Shown: in pieces, positions 18,348 to 27,110 of the stretch
How the letters are laid out: each line of letters opens with the position of its first letter
Position numbering within the stretch: the first letter of the stretch is position 1
From: an uncultured Rikenellaceae bacterium
Lineage (GTDB): Bacteria; Bacteroidota; Bacteroidia; Bacteroidales; VadinHA17
Assembly: GCA_964446435.1 (NCBI GenBank)
Contig: CAYUOS010000002.1
Coordinates: 1-48,009 of the forward strand
Direction of reading: 5' to 3'
Length of the DNA: 48,009 nucleotides
The notes under the pieces: generated by a model
What the model saw: only the letters and a program-made list of their open reading frames with translations
Told to the model about the DNA's origin: nothing
Databases searched by the model: none
Program-made: the position numbers and the translations under genes

Positions 18348-19118
18348 ATGCTACAGATAAAGGTACTTGATATTATAGATATTCTGCTGGTGGCAATAAT
18401 ACTGTTTCAGCTCTATCGTCTTATCAGGGGTACGGCAGCATTCAGTATTTTTATCGGGATATTCTTTGTTTATATCTTCTGGTTGATTGTCAAGGCCCTG
18501 AATATGGATCTTATTGGGAGCATACTGGGTCAGGTGATAGGTGTGGGGGTGATTGCCCTGATTATTGTTTTTCAGCAGGAGATAAGGAGGTTCCTCCTGG
18601 TGATAGGAAACAGGTACATGAAGGGTAATAGGTTCTCTTTCTCATCCTTTTTCCCAGAAGGAAGAGATGAACCCGCATCACAAACTGAGGCCGAGGAGAT
18701 TGTACGGGCTGTTGATTCAATGTCGGCAAGTCGCACAGGGGCTCTTATCGTAATTGGCAGGAAGAGCCATCTGGACAGCTTTGCTGAGAGTGGTGAGAGA
18801 ATAGACGGAAGGATAAGTTCAGGCTTGATTGAGACCGTTTTTTTCAAAAACAGTCCGCTTCACGATGGAGCAATGCTGATACAGAATACAATAATAATAG
18901 CGGCCCGCTGTCCACTACCGGTTACAGACAGAACCGGGCTTCCGGCCCGTTTTGGTATGAGACACCGCGCAGCTATCGGGATTACAGAATATACAGATTC
19001 ATATGTGGTTGTAGTTTCGGAAGAGACAGGAAGGATATCTGTGGTTGATGGAGGTCATATCTCAGAAGACCTGAATATTAATGAATTGAGGCTGATACTG
19101 CAAAAGGAGAGGGTCTGA
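18348..19118 (+). CDS. cdaA: diadenylate cyclase (c-di-AMP synthase), membrane-anchored CdaA type
   Basis: 256 aa. Three N-terminal hydrophobic helices are followed by a DAC domain with DGAMLI and RHRAAIGITE motifs. Confidence 0.9.
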   Translation: MLQIKVLDIIDILLVAIILFQLYRLIRGTAAFSIFIGIFFVYIFWLIVKALNMDLIGSILGQVIGVGVIALIIVFQQEIRRFLLVIGNRYMKGNRFSFSSFFPEGRDEPASQTEAEEIVRAVDSMSASRTGALIVIGRKSHLDSFAESGERIDGRISSGLIETVFFKNSPLHDGAMLIQNTIIIAARCPLPVTDRTGLPARFGMRHRAAIGITEYTDSYVVVVSEETGRISVVDGGHISEDLNINELRLILQKERV

Positions 19119-19120
19119 TA

Positions 19121-19561
19121 CTAAAAATACCTGAGCCTTAGATCAATCTTATTGTTGTAAATAAAATAACACGGGTCATCACAGTCTGATTCTGAATATT
19201 TTACACGAGGTCTTGCTGAATTGTACACCTTGTATATTCTGCCATCCTTTACATAAATAGCCTCTATTGTATATGTGCGGTTAATCGCAACGTCAATCCT
19301 CCTGGTTCCGCCAGGTTGACCGGTAAATCTGAGTATCACAGGTCCATCTGTGTTGTCTCCCTCGTAGACGTTTATGTCGATTGAATTGAATATTACATAA
19401 TCCTCGTAGAGTTTTAGAATAAGCTGGGCTGATGTCGGTTCAGTTTTAATGCAATCGTTGCATCTGACCAGTACCAGCATCTGTTTCTCACACGAAGAGG
19501 TGATCAGCACCATCGTCAGTATGGTTATGGCTACTCTTGCAGAAGGAAAGTTTATTGCCAT
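19121..19561 (-). CDS. small lipoprotein of unknown function
   Basis: 146 aa. The signal peptide has the lipobox-like LITSSC. The protein has several Cys residues and a C-terminal LRLRYF. Its ATG sits inside the last codons of the upstream ankyrin gene (ATGGCAATAA, 19552..19561). Confidence 0.65.
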   Translation of the reverse strand: MAINFPSARVAITILTMVLITSSCEKQMLVLVRCNDCIKTEPTSAQLILKLYEDYVIFNSIDINVYEGDNTDGPVILRFTGQPGGTRRIDVAINRTYTIEAIYVKDGRIYKVYNSARPRVKYSESDCDDPCYFIYNNKIDLRLRYF

Positions 19562-20970
19562 CTTATTACCTTGCCTTTCGATTTAACGTTGTTGGTGTTG
19601 TATTTATAGTAGAATCCGGCTCTGAACCAGATGGGTCCGCTTCTGTAAACCTCAGTATTCATATATTCAGCACCGACTGAGATGCCTGTGTTCTTTAACT
19701 CCAGCGACAGGCTTACTGATGGCAGGAAGGTGAATCCATGTTCTGGTCTGAGTGACGATCCGGGGTATTTATTGCCGAACTTGTATCCTGCCTTGCCCGA
19801 GATTGTAATCAGCCATATGCTCAGGGGATTTACATCATTGACTACGAATTCCTTAAAGACACCACCGTAGATTACTCCTCTTCGGTCGATATACTGGCTG
19901 AAGGTTTCATTGTCGTTCTGAATTACCACCCGGCTCCTGAACGGCTTAAAATAAGATCCGACAGAGTATCCGAAACCGCTGATAGTCTCCTTTCCCTGAA
20001 CTGCCAGTCCTGTAAATACCTGATAGCCTGACACAAGCATTGATGTTTCGGCCATAAGGTAAGGCAGAATGTCTTTGACCGGCTTTTTGATGCCGTATTG
20101 AGACAGTATTCCCGAGAATTCCTTTCTTCTGTACTGCTCGAAGACATGCCAGGGGTTAACTCCTGGTGCGCCTGTCCATAGGTTTCCTTTTGAAATCAGA
20201 AACCTGAACATTTCAGGATGCCCGTCCCTGACAGAAATGCTTAATGCATTATAACCATCGTTGGCTACGGCGTACAGGTCAGCCCCGTTCATAAGAAGCA
20301 GCTCAGTCATAATAGTATCGCCATTCTGTGCCGCTATCAGCAGTGGTGTATATCCCTCCTTGTCCTTGCTGTTTACATCTGCGCCCTCCTGAATCAGTAT
20401 ATCGGCAATATCAAAGCTGCCTGAGATTACTGCAGCCATCAGCGGGGTGGTTCCGTCATACGCCTTTATATCATGTCTGGCCTCATAATAGAGCAACATG
20501 TCAGCTTCATAAAAATAGCCGAATAGCGCTGCATAATGCAGCGGCGTTGCTCCGTTTCTGTCCTGTGCATTGATGTTAGCCCCATTTCTGATAAGCAATT
20601 CGGCGAGACTCAGACTTTCATTGAAAATTGCCAGGTGGAGAGGTGTCTCACTTCTATAGTTGGGGATGTCAGGATCAGCTCCGGAAAGAAGCAGATACTC
20701 TGCGGCATCTGCCTGAAGGAATGAAACAGCATAAGCCAGGGAGGTTGATCCGTTGTCTGCCTGTACGTTAATATCGGTTCCGAAAGAGAGCAGAGTGCTG
20801 ATAACTGAGGTGTCACCAAAAGCTGATGCGTACAGCAACTGCAATTCCTGTGGCATATACCGGTACTGCAGGCTTGAAAGGGTTTGCGAATAGGAATACC
20901 TGCCGGCCAGTGTGGCAAGAAGTGTCAGAAGCAGAGTCGCTGCAATTCTTCTGGATGTAGCTGGTACCAT
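19552..20970 (-). CDS. exported ankyrin-repeat protein with beta-barrel-like C-terminal domain
   Basis: About seven ANK repeats are visible (G.TPLH..A, LL..GA(D/N) periodicity). They are followed by roughly 190 aa with alternating hydrophobic residues. I prefer the ATG at 20970 because it gives the signal peptide MVPATSRRIAATLLLTLLATLAGRYSYSQ. Alternative starts are the ATG at 21009 and the TTG at 21045, which is the ORF-track start. Confidence 0.75.
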   Translation of the reverse strand: MVPATSRRIAATLLLTLLATLAGRYSYSQTLSSLQYRYMPQELQLLYASAFGDTSVISTLLSFGTDINVQADNGSTSLAYAVSFLQADAAEYLLLSGADPDIPNYRSETPLHLAIFNESLSLAELLIRNGANINAQDRNGATPLHYAALFGYFYEADMLLYYEARHDIKAYDGTTPLMAAVISGSFDIADILIQEGADVNSKDKEGYTPLLIAAQNGDTIMTELLLMNGADLYAVANDGYNALSISVRDGHPEMFRFLISKGNLWTGAPGVNPWHVFEQYRRKEFSGILSQYGIKKPVKDILPYLMAETSMLVSGYQVFTGLAVQGKETISGFGYSVGSYFKPFRSRVVIQNDNETFSQYIDRRGVIYGGVFKEFVVNDVNPLSIWLITISGKAGYKFGNKYPGSSLRPEHGFTFLPSVSLSLELKNTGISVGAEYMNTEVYRSGPIWFRAGFYYKYNTNNVKSKGKVIRWQ

Positions 20971-20975
20971 ACGTG

Positions 20976-20983
20976 CAAATTTA
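20976..20983 (-). promoter_or_regulatory. candidate -7 box TAAATTTG, possibly giving a leaderless ankyrin-gene transcript
   Basis: The plus strand reads CAAATTTA, which is TAAATTTG on the minus strand. Only 5 nt separate it from the ATG at 20970, so transcription would begin at or next to the start codon. Confidence 0.3.
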
Positions 20984-21018
20984 TCTCTTTCCTTGTTATG
21001 TATGGTCATAGTAAATGG

Positions 21019-21054
21019 TAATTTTGGCTTTGGAAGATTATTCAACTATTTTTG
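21019..21054 (+). promoter_or_regulatory. two candidate -7 promoter boxes (TAATTTTG and TATTTTTG) for the serine hydrolase gene
   Basis: Perfect TAnnTTTG matches lie at 21019..21026 and 21047..21054. They are 59 and 31 nt upstream of the ATG at 21086. Confidence 0.4.
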
Positions 21055-21085
21055 CCCTGGTAAAAAAAGGTTCTGAAACCCGTTG

Positions 21086-22390
21086 ATGAAATTCAAGAAT
21101 ATCATTCTGGTGGTTATAATCCTGCTTGTGATTCCTGAATCACTGGTAACCCACAGGATAGAATTCAACAGCGACTATCTGGTTCCTGGGAACATACGGA
21201 TTACCAACGATCTTTCATCTGGAAGAAACGCAGACTACATTGAGCGCCTGTTCAATTCCTTCATGAGAAAGTGGGACATTAAGGGAGCATCGGTTGCAAT
21301 TTCTGTTGACGGCAGGCTTGTTTTTGCTCACGGTTTCGGATATGCCGACCTTGAGTCATCAATTGTGACGGAACCATATCACAGGTTCAGGGTTGCAAGT
21401 GTGTCAAAGCTGATCACGGCAATAGCTGTTATGAATTTGTGTGATGAGGGCGTTTTGTCACTTGGTGATAAGGTCTTCGGGCCGGATGGGATCCTGAATG
21501 ATTCGGTATTTGACAATCCCCGTGACCCGCGAGTCTACAATATTACTCTGGCCCATCTGCTTGGTCACCAGGGAGGATGGTCGTTGCGTTATGGTGATCA
21601 TATGTTCATTACTCAATCAGTAGCGAGGCAAATGAACAGGGAACTGCCTTTGACAACAACAGATTATGTCAGGTTCGCCCTTGACAGGAGATTGCATTAT
21701 TCTCCGGGAAGCGGAAGATCCTATTCAAATCTTGGATATGCGATACTAGGGTTGGTAGTGGAGAAGGCCTCGGGAATGAGCTATGAAGATTATTGCCAGA
21801 ACAAGATACTGGAGCCGTTGGGGATATATGATATGGCCATTGGCAGGAACCTTGATTCGGAAAGGCTGGTCAATGAGGTCAGGTACTACGAGCACGAAGG
21901 AGCGATTAATAAACTGTCGGTTTACGGTACGGGAGAAATAGTCCCTTCCAGTAACGGAGGCAATGACATAGTGTCACTCGGAGCTGCCGGAGCATGGGTT
22001 GCAACCGCTCCTGACCTGATAAGGCTGCTTTTGGCAGTGGATGGCTTTGACAATAATCCTGATATTCTTTCCGCCGAGATGATTGAGGTAATGACCGATA
22101 TGAGGAATGGCATTGCTCCGCTGGGATGGAGATCATCGTTTCCTACCGGAGTCTGGTGGAGAACGGGGTTCTTCCCGGGAACGACAGCAATGATGAAAAG
22201 GTTGCCTGATGGCAGGGCCTGGGTCGTACTTCTTAATTCAAGCGCATGGAATGGACCTGAACTTACGAATGAGATTAACACCCTCATGAACAGGATACTC
22301 TCGCAGACAAGGGAATGGCCTGATGATGATCTGTTTCGTTATTCCCTGCCTCTTCCGCTGAAACAGTTTTACACTGATAAAACCGAATAG
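21086..22390 (+). CDS. serine hydrolase of the beta-lactamase / PBP (class C-like) family
   Basis: It has an N-terminal hydrophobic signal, the S-x-x-K motif (ASVSK) and the Y-x-N motif (YSNLGYAILG). The ATG at 21086 is taken instead of the adjacent ORF-track TTG at 21083. Confidence 0.85.
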   Translation: MKFKNIILVVIILLVIPESLVTHRIEFNSDYLVPGNIRITNDLSSGRNADYIERLFNSFMRKWDIKGASVAISVDGRLVFAHGFGYADLESSIVTEPYHRFRVASVSKLITAIAVMNLCDEGVLSLGDKVFGPDGILNDSVFDNPRDPRVYNITLAHLLGHQGGWSLRYGDHMFITQSVARQMNRELPLTTTDYVRFALDRRLHYSPGSGRSYSNLGYAILGLVVEKASGMSYEDYCQNKILEPLGIYDMAIGRNLDSERLVNEVRYYEHEGAINKLSVYGTGEIVPSSNGGNDIVSLGAAGAWVATAPDLIRLLLAVDGFDNNPDILSAEMIEVMTDMRNGIAPLGWRSSFPTGVWWRTGFFPGTTAMMKRLPDGRAWVVLLNSSAWNGPELTNEINTLMNRILSQTREWPDDDLFRYSLPLPLKQFYTDKTE

Positions 22391-22391
22391 G

Positions 22392-23111
22392 ATGTGCTTT
22401 ACAGTAAACGTAAACCTGGTAAAGGAGGAGATGGAAAACATCTATGGCCGTGATTTTATCGATCATGAAAGGTACAGACCCAGCTACTATTACCATGCAT
22501 TCTCTCTTCCTGAATTGCCGGTTGTGAGGGCTGGCTGGATTCAACTCATGAGGTGGGGACTTATACCTCAATGGGTGAGGGACACCGCAGACGCAAACGA
22601 GATAAGGGTTAAGACCTTTAACGCCCGCTCTGAGACCGTTGATTCAAAACCATCATTTTCTGATTCTTTCAGAACAAGGAGGTGTATTGTGCCCGTAAGC
22701 GGATTTTACGAATGGCAGCACACCTCGTCAGGCAAGCTGCCCTGGTATATCAGACCATCATCAACAACTCATTTTTCACTCGGAGGGCTTTGGAGTGAAT
22801 GGGTAACAGCTGATACAGGAGAGACAATATCTACCTTCAGTATCATAACCACAGAGGCAAATACCCTTATGAGCAAGATTCATAACAGCGGAAGGAGAAT
22901 GCCATTAATTATTAATGACTCTCTTCTTGAGAAATGGCTTAACCCTGAAACCGCGGCCATTGAACTGCAAGGGATTATGGTTCCATACCCTGAAGAAGGA
23001 ATTTCTGCGCATACTATCGGTCCATTAATCTCAGACCGGAAGAGGGACAGGAACAATCCGGAACTGATAAAGCCTTATACATACAATATTAGCGGTACAC
23101 TTTTTGATTGA
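22392..23111 (+). CDS. SOS response-associated peptidase (SRAP / YedK family, abasic-site processing)
   Basis: 239 aa starting with MCF, which includes the catalytic Cys2. It also has LMRWGLIP, TFNARSET and SGFYEW motifs. The ATG lies 1 nt after the preceding stop codon. Confidence 0.85.
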   Translation: MCFTVNVNLVKEEMENIYGRDFIDHERYRPSYYYHAFSLPELPVVRAGWIQLMRWGLIPQWVRDTADANEIRVKTFNARSETVDSKPSFSDSFRTRRCIVPVSGFYEWQHTSSGKLPWYIRPSSTTHFSLGGLWSEWVTADTGETISTFSIITTEANTLMSKIHNSGRRMPLIINDSLLEKWLNPETAAIELQGIMVPYPEEGISAHTIGPLISDRKRDRNNPELIKPYTYNISGTLFD

Positions 23112-23138
23112 ATACATTCCTGAAAAATAAACATCCTC

Positions 23139-23834
23139 ATGATGAAAAAAACACTCCTTCTCAACCTATTATTCATTATTGCTCCATTAGTGGCTTTCAC
23201 ACAAAGGTCGTATATCACAACAGATTCTGAGATGATTTTCTCAACGGCACAGGTTAGCCTTGGGGGCAATGAGCTGGACACTGAACTTCGCTGGACTGTC
23301 TATTATCATTCAGGGACATACAACAATCACGACATCAGCGATAACTTCGGCTTGTTTTATGGTCTTGCAATACGAAATGTTGGCTTCATAACACAGAAGG
23401 AGGTCATTGGACTGAATCTTTTCACTACAGTAAAGCGCAGGTCCTACACACTCGGATTTCCGGTTGGGATAAAACTGGGCAACCTGACTGATAATATGTT
23501 TATTTTTGGTGGAGGGGAATATGAATGGCTATTCCACTATAAGGAAAAGTGGTTTGAAGGCCGCGATAAGGTATACCGCGAGACAGACTGGTTTTCGCGT
23601 AAGACTAATACTTTCATCCCCTCAATATTTGCCGGCATTAACTTCAGAACAGGAATTACTGTAACCTTCAAGTATTATCTTGAGGACTTCATGAACAGAT
23701 CGTACAGGGATCCGCTTTCAGGTCTCAGGCCCTACTCCGGCATGGAATCGAAAATCTTCTACGTTTCGCTTTCGAAAAAGTTCAGGTACGATCGTATCAA
23801 GGATACTTTCCGCGGCCAGGTGCTTTCAATCTGA
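23139..23834 (+). CDS. putative outer-membrane beta-barrel protein of unknown function
   Basis: 231 aa with the signal peptide MMKKTLLLNLLFIIAPLVAFTQ. Composition is aromatic- and Gly-rich with alternating hydrophobic residues. Confidence 0.6.
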   Translation: MMKKTLLLNLLFIIAPLVAFTQRSYITTDSEMIFSTAQVSLGGNELDTELRWTVYYHSGTYNNHDISDNFGLFYGLAIRNVGFITQKEVIGLNLFTTVKRRSYTLGFPVGIKLGNLTDNMFIFGGGEYEWLFHYKEKWFEGRDKVYRETDWFSRKTNTFIPSIFAGINFRTGITVTFKYYLEDFMNRSYRDPLSGLRPYSGMESKIFYVSLSKKFRYDRIKDTFRGQVLSI

Positions 23835-23841
23835 AGGATAT

Positions 23842-24588
23842 CTATTCAATTGTGCGACCCTGAGCCACAAAGTGAAAGGTCAGCGTACCACTTTGCCTGG
23901 CAGGAGCATCTGGACTTCTGTTGAACCTCGATACCATTGCATAATTAACAGCGGTTTCAAGCAGGCATGGGTCCTTTGTACTGCTTTCCCCAGCCAGGAT
24001 TTTTGCTGACAGTACAAGTCCATTTCTGTCTACTTCAATTGAAAGGGTTACTTTTCCAGCTCCCTGGCATTTATATATTGGCAGCGGAAGGTGAACATGA
24101 AATCTGTTTTCAAGCCTGTAATAAACACGTGTCGGGCCTTGAAAATTGACAGGCTCTTTTTCTTCCTGCATCTTGTCATACTCCTCCCTGAGTCTTTCAG
24201 CGATTACTGTAGCTCCCTCTTCGGTCTGCCTTCTTTTCCAGTCATCAATGAAATTGTCTTCACTCAGGAGCCCCTTCTTTATCATCTCCTCCTTCACCAT
24301 ATCCTGGTATTCCCTGGGGTCGATCACCGGGTTGTCAGGATCAGCAAGATTGCGGACTATATTGCTGATCATACGGTCAATCTCGGCAAGGCGGTCATCA
24401 GCGAGAGGCAGCGTAGTTGAGGCATCAGTCTCAGGTTCTTTGGCTATTTCCTCAAAAATGAGAATGAACTCCTTCTCTCTCTCCCGTTTCAATGTGTTGA
24501 GTTTCACTGAAAAGAAAAGAATTGCCGCAAGCAAATGGATAATGATGGTACCCATTACTCCTGCAATTGTTCCTTCATACCTCCTCAT
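23842..24588 (-). CDS. membrane-anchored protein with TonB-C-like C-terminal domain
   Basis: The start is set at the ATG at 24588 (MRRYEGTIAGVMGTIIIHLLAAILFFSV, a single TM helix). A charged E/K-rich linker follows. The C-terminal roughly 80 aa (GKVTLSIEVDRNGLV..A) resemble the TonB C-terminal fold. The ORF-track start at 24675 would overlap the divergent AEC gene and its promoter box. Confidence 0.6.
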   Translation of the reverse strand: MRRYEGTIAGVMGTIIIHLLAAILFFSVKLNTLKREREKEFILIFEEIAKEPETDASTTLPLADDRLAEIDRMISNIVRNLADPDNPVIDPREYQDMVKEEMIKKGLLSEDNFIDDWKRRQTEEGATVIAERLREEYDKMQEEKEPVNFQGPTRVYYRLENRFHVHLPLPIYKCQGAGKVTLSIEVDRNGLVLSAKILAGESSTKDPCLLETAVNYAMVSRFNRSPDAPARQSGTLTFHFVAQGRTIE

Positions 24589-24611
24589 AGGGTGCGAAAT
24601 TATTAAATTAT

Positions 24612-24619
24612 TACATTTG
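24612..24619 (+). promoter_or_regulatory. candidate -7 promoter box TACATTTG for the AEC transporter gene
   Basis: Perfect TAnnTTTG, 33 nt upstream of the ATG at 24653. Confidence 0.4.
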
Positions 24620-24652
24620 TCTGATAAACAATTTTTCCTACCCTGATATTTT

Positions 24653-25606
24653 ATGCAGGCTGAAATTATTCTCAATCAGATTCTAATACTTGGTGTTCTT
24701 GTTCTTGTCGGGGTCGCCGGTTCGATTCTCAAGGTAATTAACATTGAGGCAAAGGATGTTCTTGCAAAGATTATCTTCAACATTACACTGCCGTTGATGC
24801 TTCTTACCAATTTCAGCAGGATGGACATAACCCCAAGGTTGCTGGTGAACAGCTTTTCGATGGTAGGACTTTCATTGGCCGTTATGATGTTCATGTTGCT
24901 GACAGGCTGGCTGGGATCCCTGGTATTGCGACTTGGTAGTAGGGAGGCAGCTATTTATAAGACTCACAGCCTCTTCGGAAATACTATTTACCTTGGCTAC
25001 CCTGTAGTTTATGCACTTTTCGGAGATGAAGGGTTGCTTTATGCGAGTATGATGCAACTGGTATCCAATATTCTGATGTGGACAATCGGAGTGGTTATGT
25101 TGTCAGCGGGTAACGGAACCCCTGTCAGAAAGAGTATTCTCAAGGTCTTCAATATCAATACCTATGCAATTGTTGCCGGATTAATAATGTTCCTTGCCGG
25201 ATTTAAGCTTCCCGACTTCCTTATGAAATCACTCGGCGGTCTGGGAGGTACAAATACTTACCTCTCCATGATTTATATCGGAGCATTGATGTATCATGGC
25301 AGTCTCAGAGGTTTGCTTGGAAAAGGTGTTGTATATTTTATTACCTTTAGCAAACTGTTGCTGGTACCCTGCCTGTTGCTGGCGGTATTTATTGCAATGC
25401 CATCACTTACGGGTTATCAGCCTGATAAACTTGTTCTGTCGGTGCTTCTGGTTGAAACATCAATGCCCTGCATGGCGAACATAATCATTCTTGCCAAGGT
25501 TTTTGGCGCAGATGAGAAGCTGGCTACAGCCAATGTATTTGTCTCGACTATCGTGAGCATTATGACACTGCCGCTTATGCTGTACCTGATGAGCAGATTT
25601 CTTTGA
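24653..25606 (+). CDS. AEC (auxin efflux carrier) family transporter
   Basis: 317 aa and hydrophobic throughout, with about 10 helices. It shows the two-halves architecture and N-terminus typical of AEC/Mem_trans proteins. Confidence 0.8.
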   Translation: MQAEIILNQILILGVLVLVGVAGSILKVINIEAKDVLAKIIFNITLPLMLLTNFSRMDITPRLLVNSFSMVGLSLAVMMFMLLTGWLGSLVLRLGSREAAIYKTHSLFGNTIYLGYPVVYALFGDEGLLYASMMQLVSNILMWTIGVVMLSAGNGTPVRKSILKVFNINTYAIVAGLIMFLAGFKLPDFLMKSLGGLGGTNTYLSMIYIGALMYHGSLRGLLGKGVVYFITFSKLLLVPCLLLAVFIAMPSLTGYQPDKLVLSVLLVETSMPCMANIIILAKVFGADEKLATANVFVSTIVSIMTLPLMLYLMSRFL

Positions 25607-25644
25607 TCTAACCTGTCTGATTAATAATATAAACCTGTATTGCC

Positions 25645-26229
25645 ATGGGAAAATGTGATTTGCATGAAAATATCAGAAACCGATGGAGCCCATACTCTTT
25701 TTCAGAAAGGCCCCTTGATCCGGAAAAGATTAAGATAGTGCTTGAGGCAGCCATTTGTGCTCCGTCGAGTTTCAATGAACAACCGTGGCTATTTGTTTAC
25801 ACCGAGAGGGATGACGAGGCAAGTTTCAGAGAGTTTGTGGGTTTTCTCGATGAAACGAATCAGGTGTGGGCATCACAGGCCGGAGCTTTGGTAGTCAATC
25901 TTGCAAGATTGAAGTCATCTGTTACAAGGAAGGAAAACTACTATGCCCTTCATGACCTTGGCATCGCAACGGGTAACATACTGAATCAGGCTACTGCATT
26001 GGGTGTTGATGTGCACATAATGGGAGGTTTCTCAAGACAGAGGGTAAGAAAATATCTAAAGCTGGATGATGAAATAATGCCGGTTGCTGTCATGGCCCTG
26101 GGATATTTCGGTGAAAACGACCAGATTCCCGAAGAGATATCAGTAAAAGACAGGAAAAGGAGGGGAAGAAAACGGTTCGAGGAGACAATATTCAGGAATG
26201 ATCCGGGGAATCCGGGAATCAGCTTGTGA
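25645..26229 (+). CDS. nitroreductase family protein
   Basis: 194 aa with RWSPYSF, APSSFNEQPW and the rest of the nitroreductase fold signature. Confidence 0.85.
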   Translation: MGKCDLHENIRNRWSPYSFSERPLDPEKIKIVLEAAICAPSSFNEQPWLFVYTERDDEASFREFVGFLDETNQVWASQAGALVVNLARLKSSVTRKENYYALHDLGIATGNILNQATALGVDVHIMGGFSRQRVRKYLKLDDEIMPVAVMALGYFGENDQIPEEISVKDRKRRGRKRFEETIFRNDPGNPGISL

Positions 26230-26231
26230 AT

Positions 26232-26891
26232 TTACCTTTTCCTCTCATTTCTAAGAAGCCCCTCCTTCAGCCCTTGTATGAACCTTGACCATGCAAAGGG
26301 ATTGAGCAGGTTGTTTTCAGGGAACTGGTTCCTCGTGTAGGATGCATTTGTATACTGTCTTGCAATATGTCTGTAGGCAGCCTCAGGAGACAGGCCAGAG
26401 CCTTCGATTATCTGTTTTTGTATCAGGATAAGGTTGTCGGTCATATTTTCCACCTCATAATTGTGAAAGTCGGCCTCGACCACAGCCTTCTTGAATTCGG
26501 CATATGAGCCCCAAGGAAGAACCAGTACATCGTGGATTGTAATTGTATCGTATTCCAGATATACATCTTTAAGATACCTGGTTCCTTCAAAATCATCAGG
26601 AATAGGCAGAAAAGTTCTCCTGAATCCCATAGCCGTAAAGATCACTGTGTCGCCGGGTACGCTTATTAAACTGAAGATACCTGATTGCCTGCTGGTAGAC
26701 CCTCTTCTGAGAGATGATGACATCACCGAGATATTTGATTGAGGATTACCCTGTTCGTCGAAAACTATACCGTCAACCTGAATGTACCTCTGAGGTGTCA
26801 CTGTCTGACCATGAAGTAAATGGGTCATGATACAGAAAAATGCCAATATGTGAAAGGCTTTGATCAATCCGTTCTTTTCAATTAAACGCAA
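26232..26891 (-). CDS. exported protein with carboxypeptidase-regulatory-like domain
   Basis: 219 aa with a signal peptide. VDGIVFDEQGNP..ISV..GIFSLISVPGDTVIFTAMGF resembles the CarboxypepD_reg beta-sandwich. The only start that keeps the signal peptide is the TTG at 26891. Confidence 0.6.
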   Translation of the reverse strand: MRLIEKNGLIKAFHILAFFCIMTHLLHGQTVTPQRYIQVDGIVFDEQGNPQSNISVMSSSLRRGSTSRQSGIFSLISVPGDTVIFTAMGFRRTFLPIPDDFEGTRYLKDVYLEYDTITIHDVLVLPWGSYAEFKKAVVEADFHNYEVENMTDNLILIQKQIIEGSGLSPEAAYRHIARQYTNASYTRNQFPENNLLNPFAWSRFIQGLKEGLLRNERKR

Positions 26892-27110
26892 ATTTGGTTA
26901 AAAGAGTTCGTAAAATAGTCATTACAATCTTACTAAAGCAGAAATTTAACTTAAATTTATGATTCGCCATACAATAATGTGTTGATTGTCTTTGTTTTGT
27001 GAGAGCCTGTGAGGGTTGTTAAAATCATTTTTGTTTTTGGAAAATATAGCCATATTTACACGGAAATAAGTTTTTTCAGATTTTAAGATAACATATAGGA
27101 GACGAGAAGG

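Noticed and set aside
26942-26958. The AT-rich palindrome AAATTTA-ACT-TAAATTT and an 8-codon mini-ORF (26959..26985) in the 219-nt region upstream of iorA. These could be an operator or leader peptide, or part of a riboswitch.
   Set aside because: Such palindromes are expected by chance in AT-rich spacers. I found no conserved riboswitch core or stable structure, and no perfect -7 box to anchor a leader.
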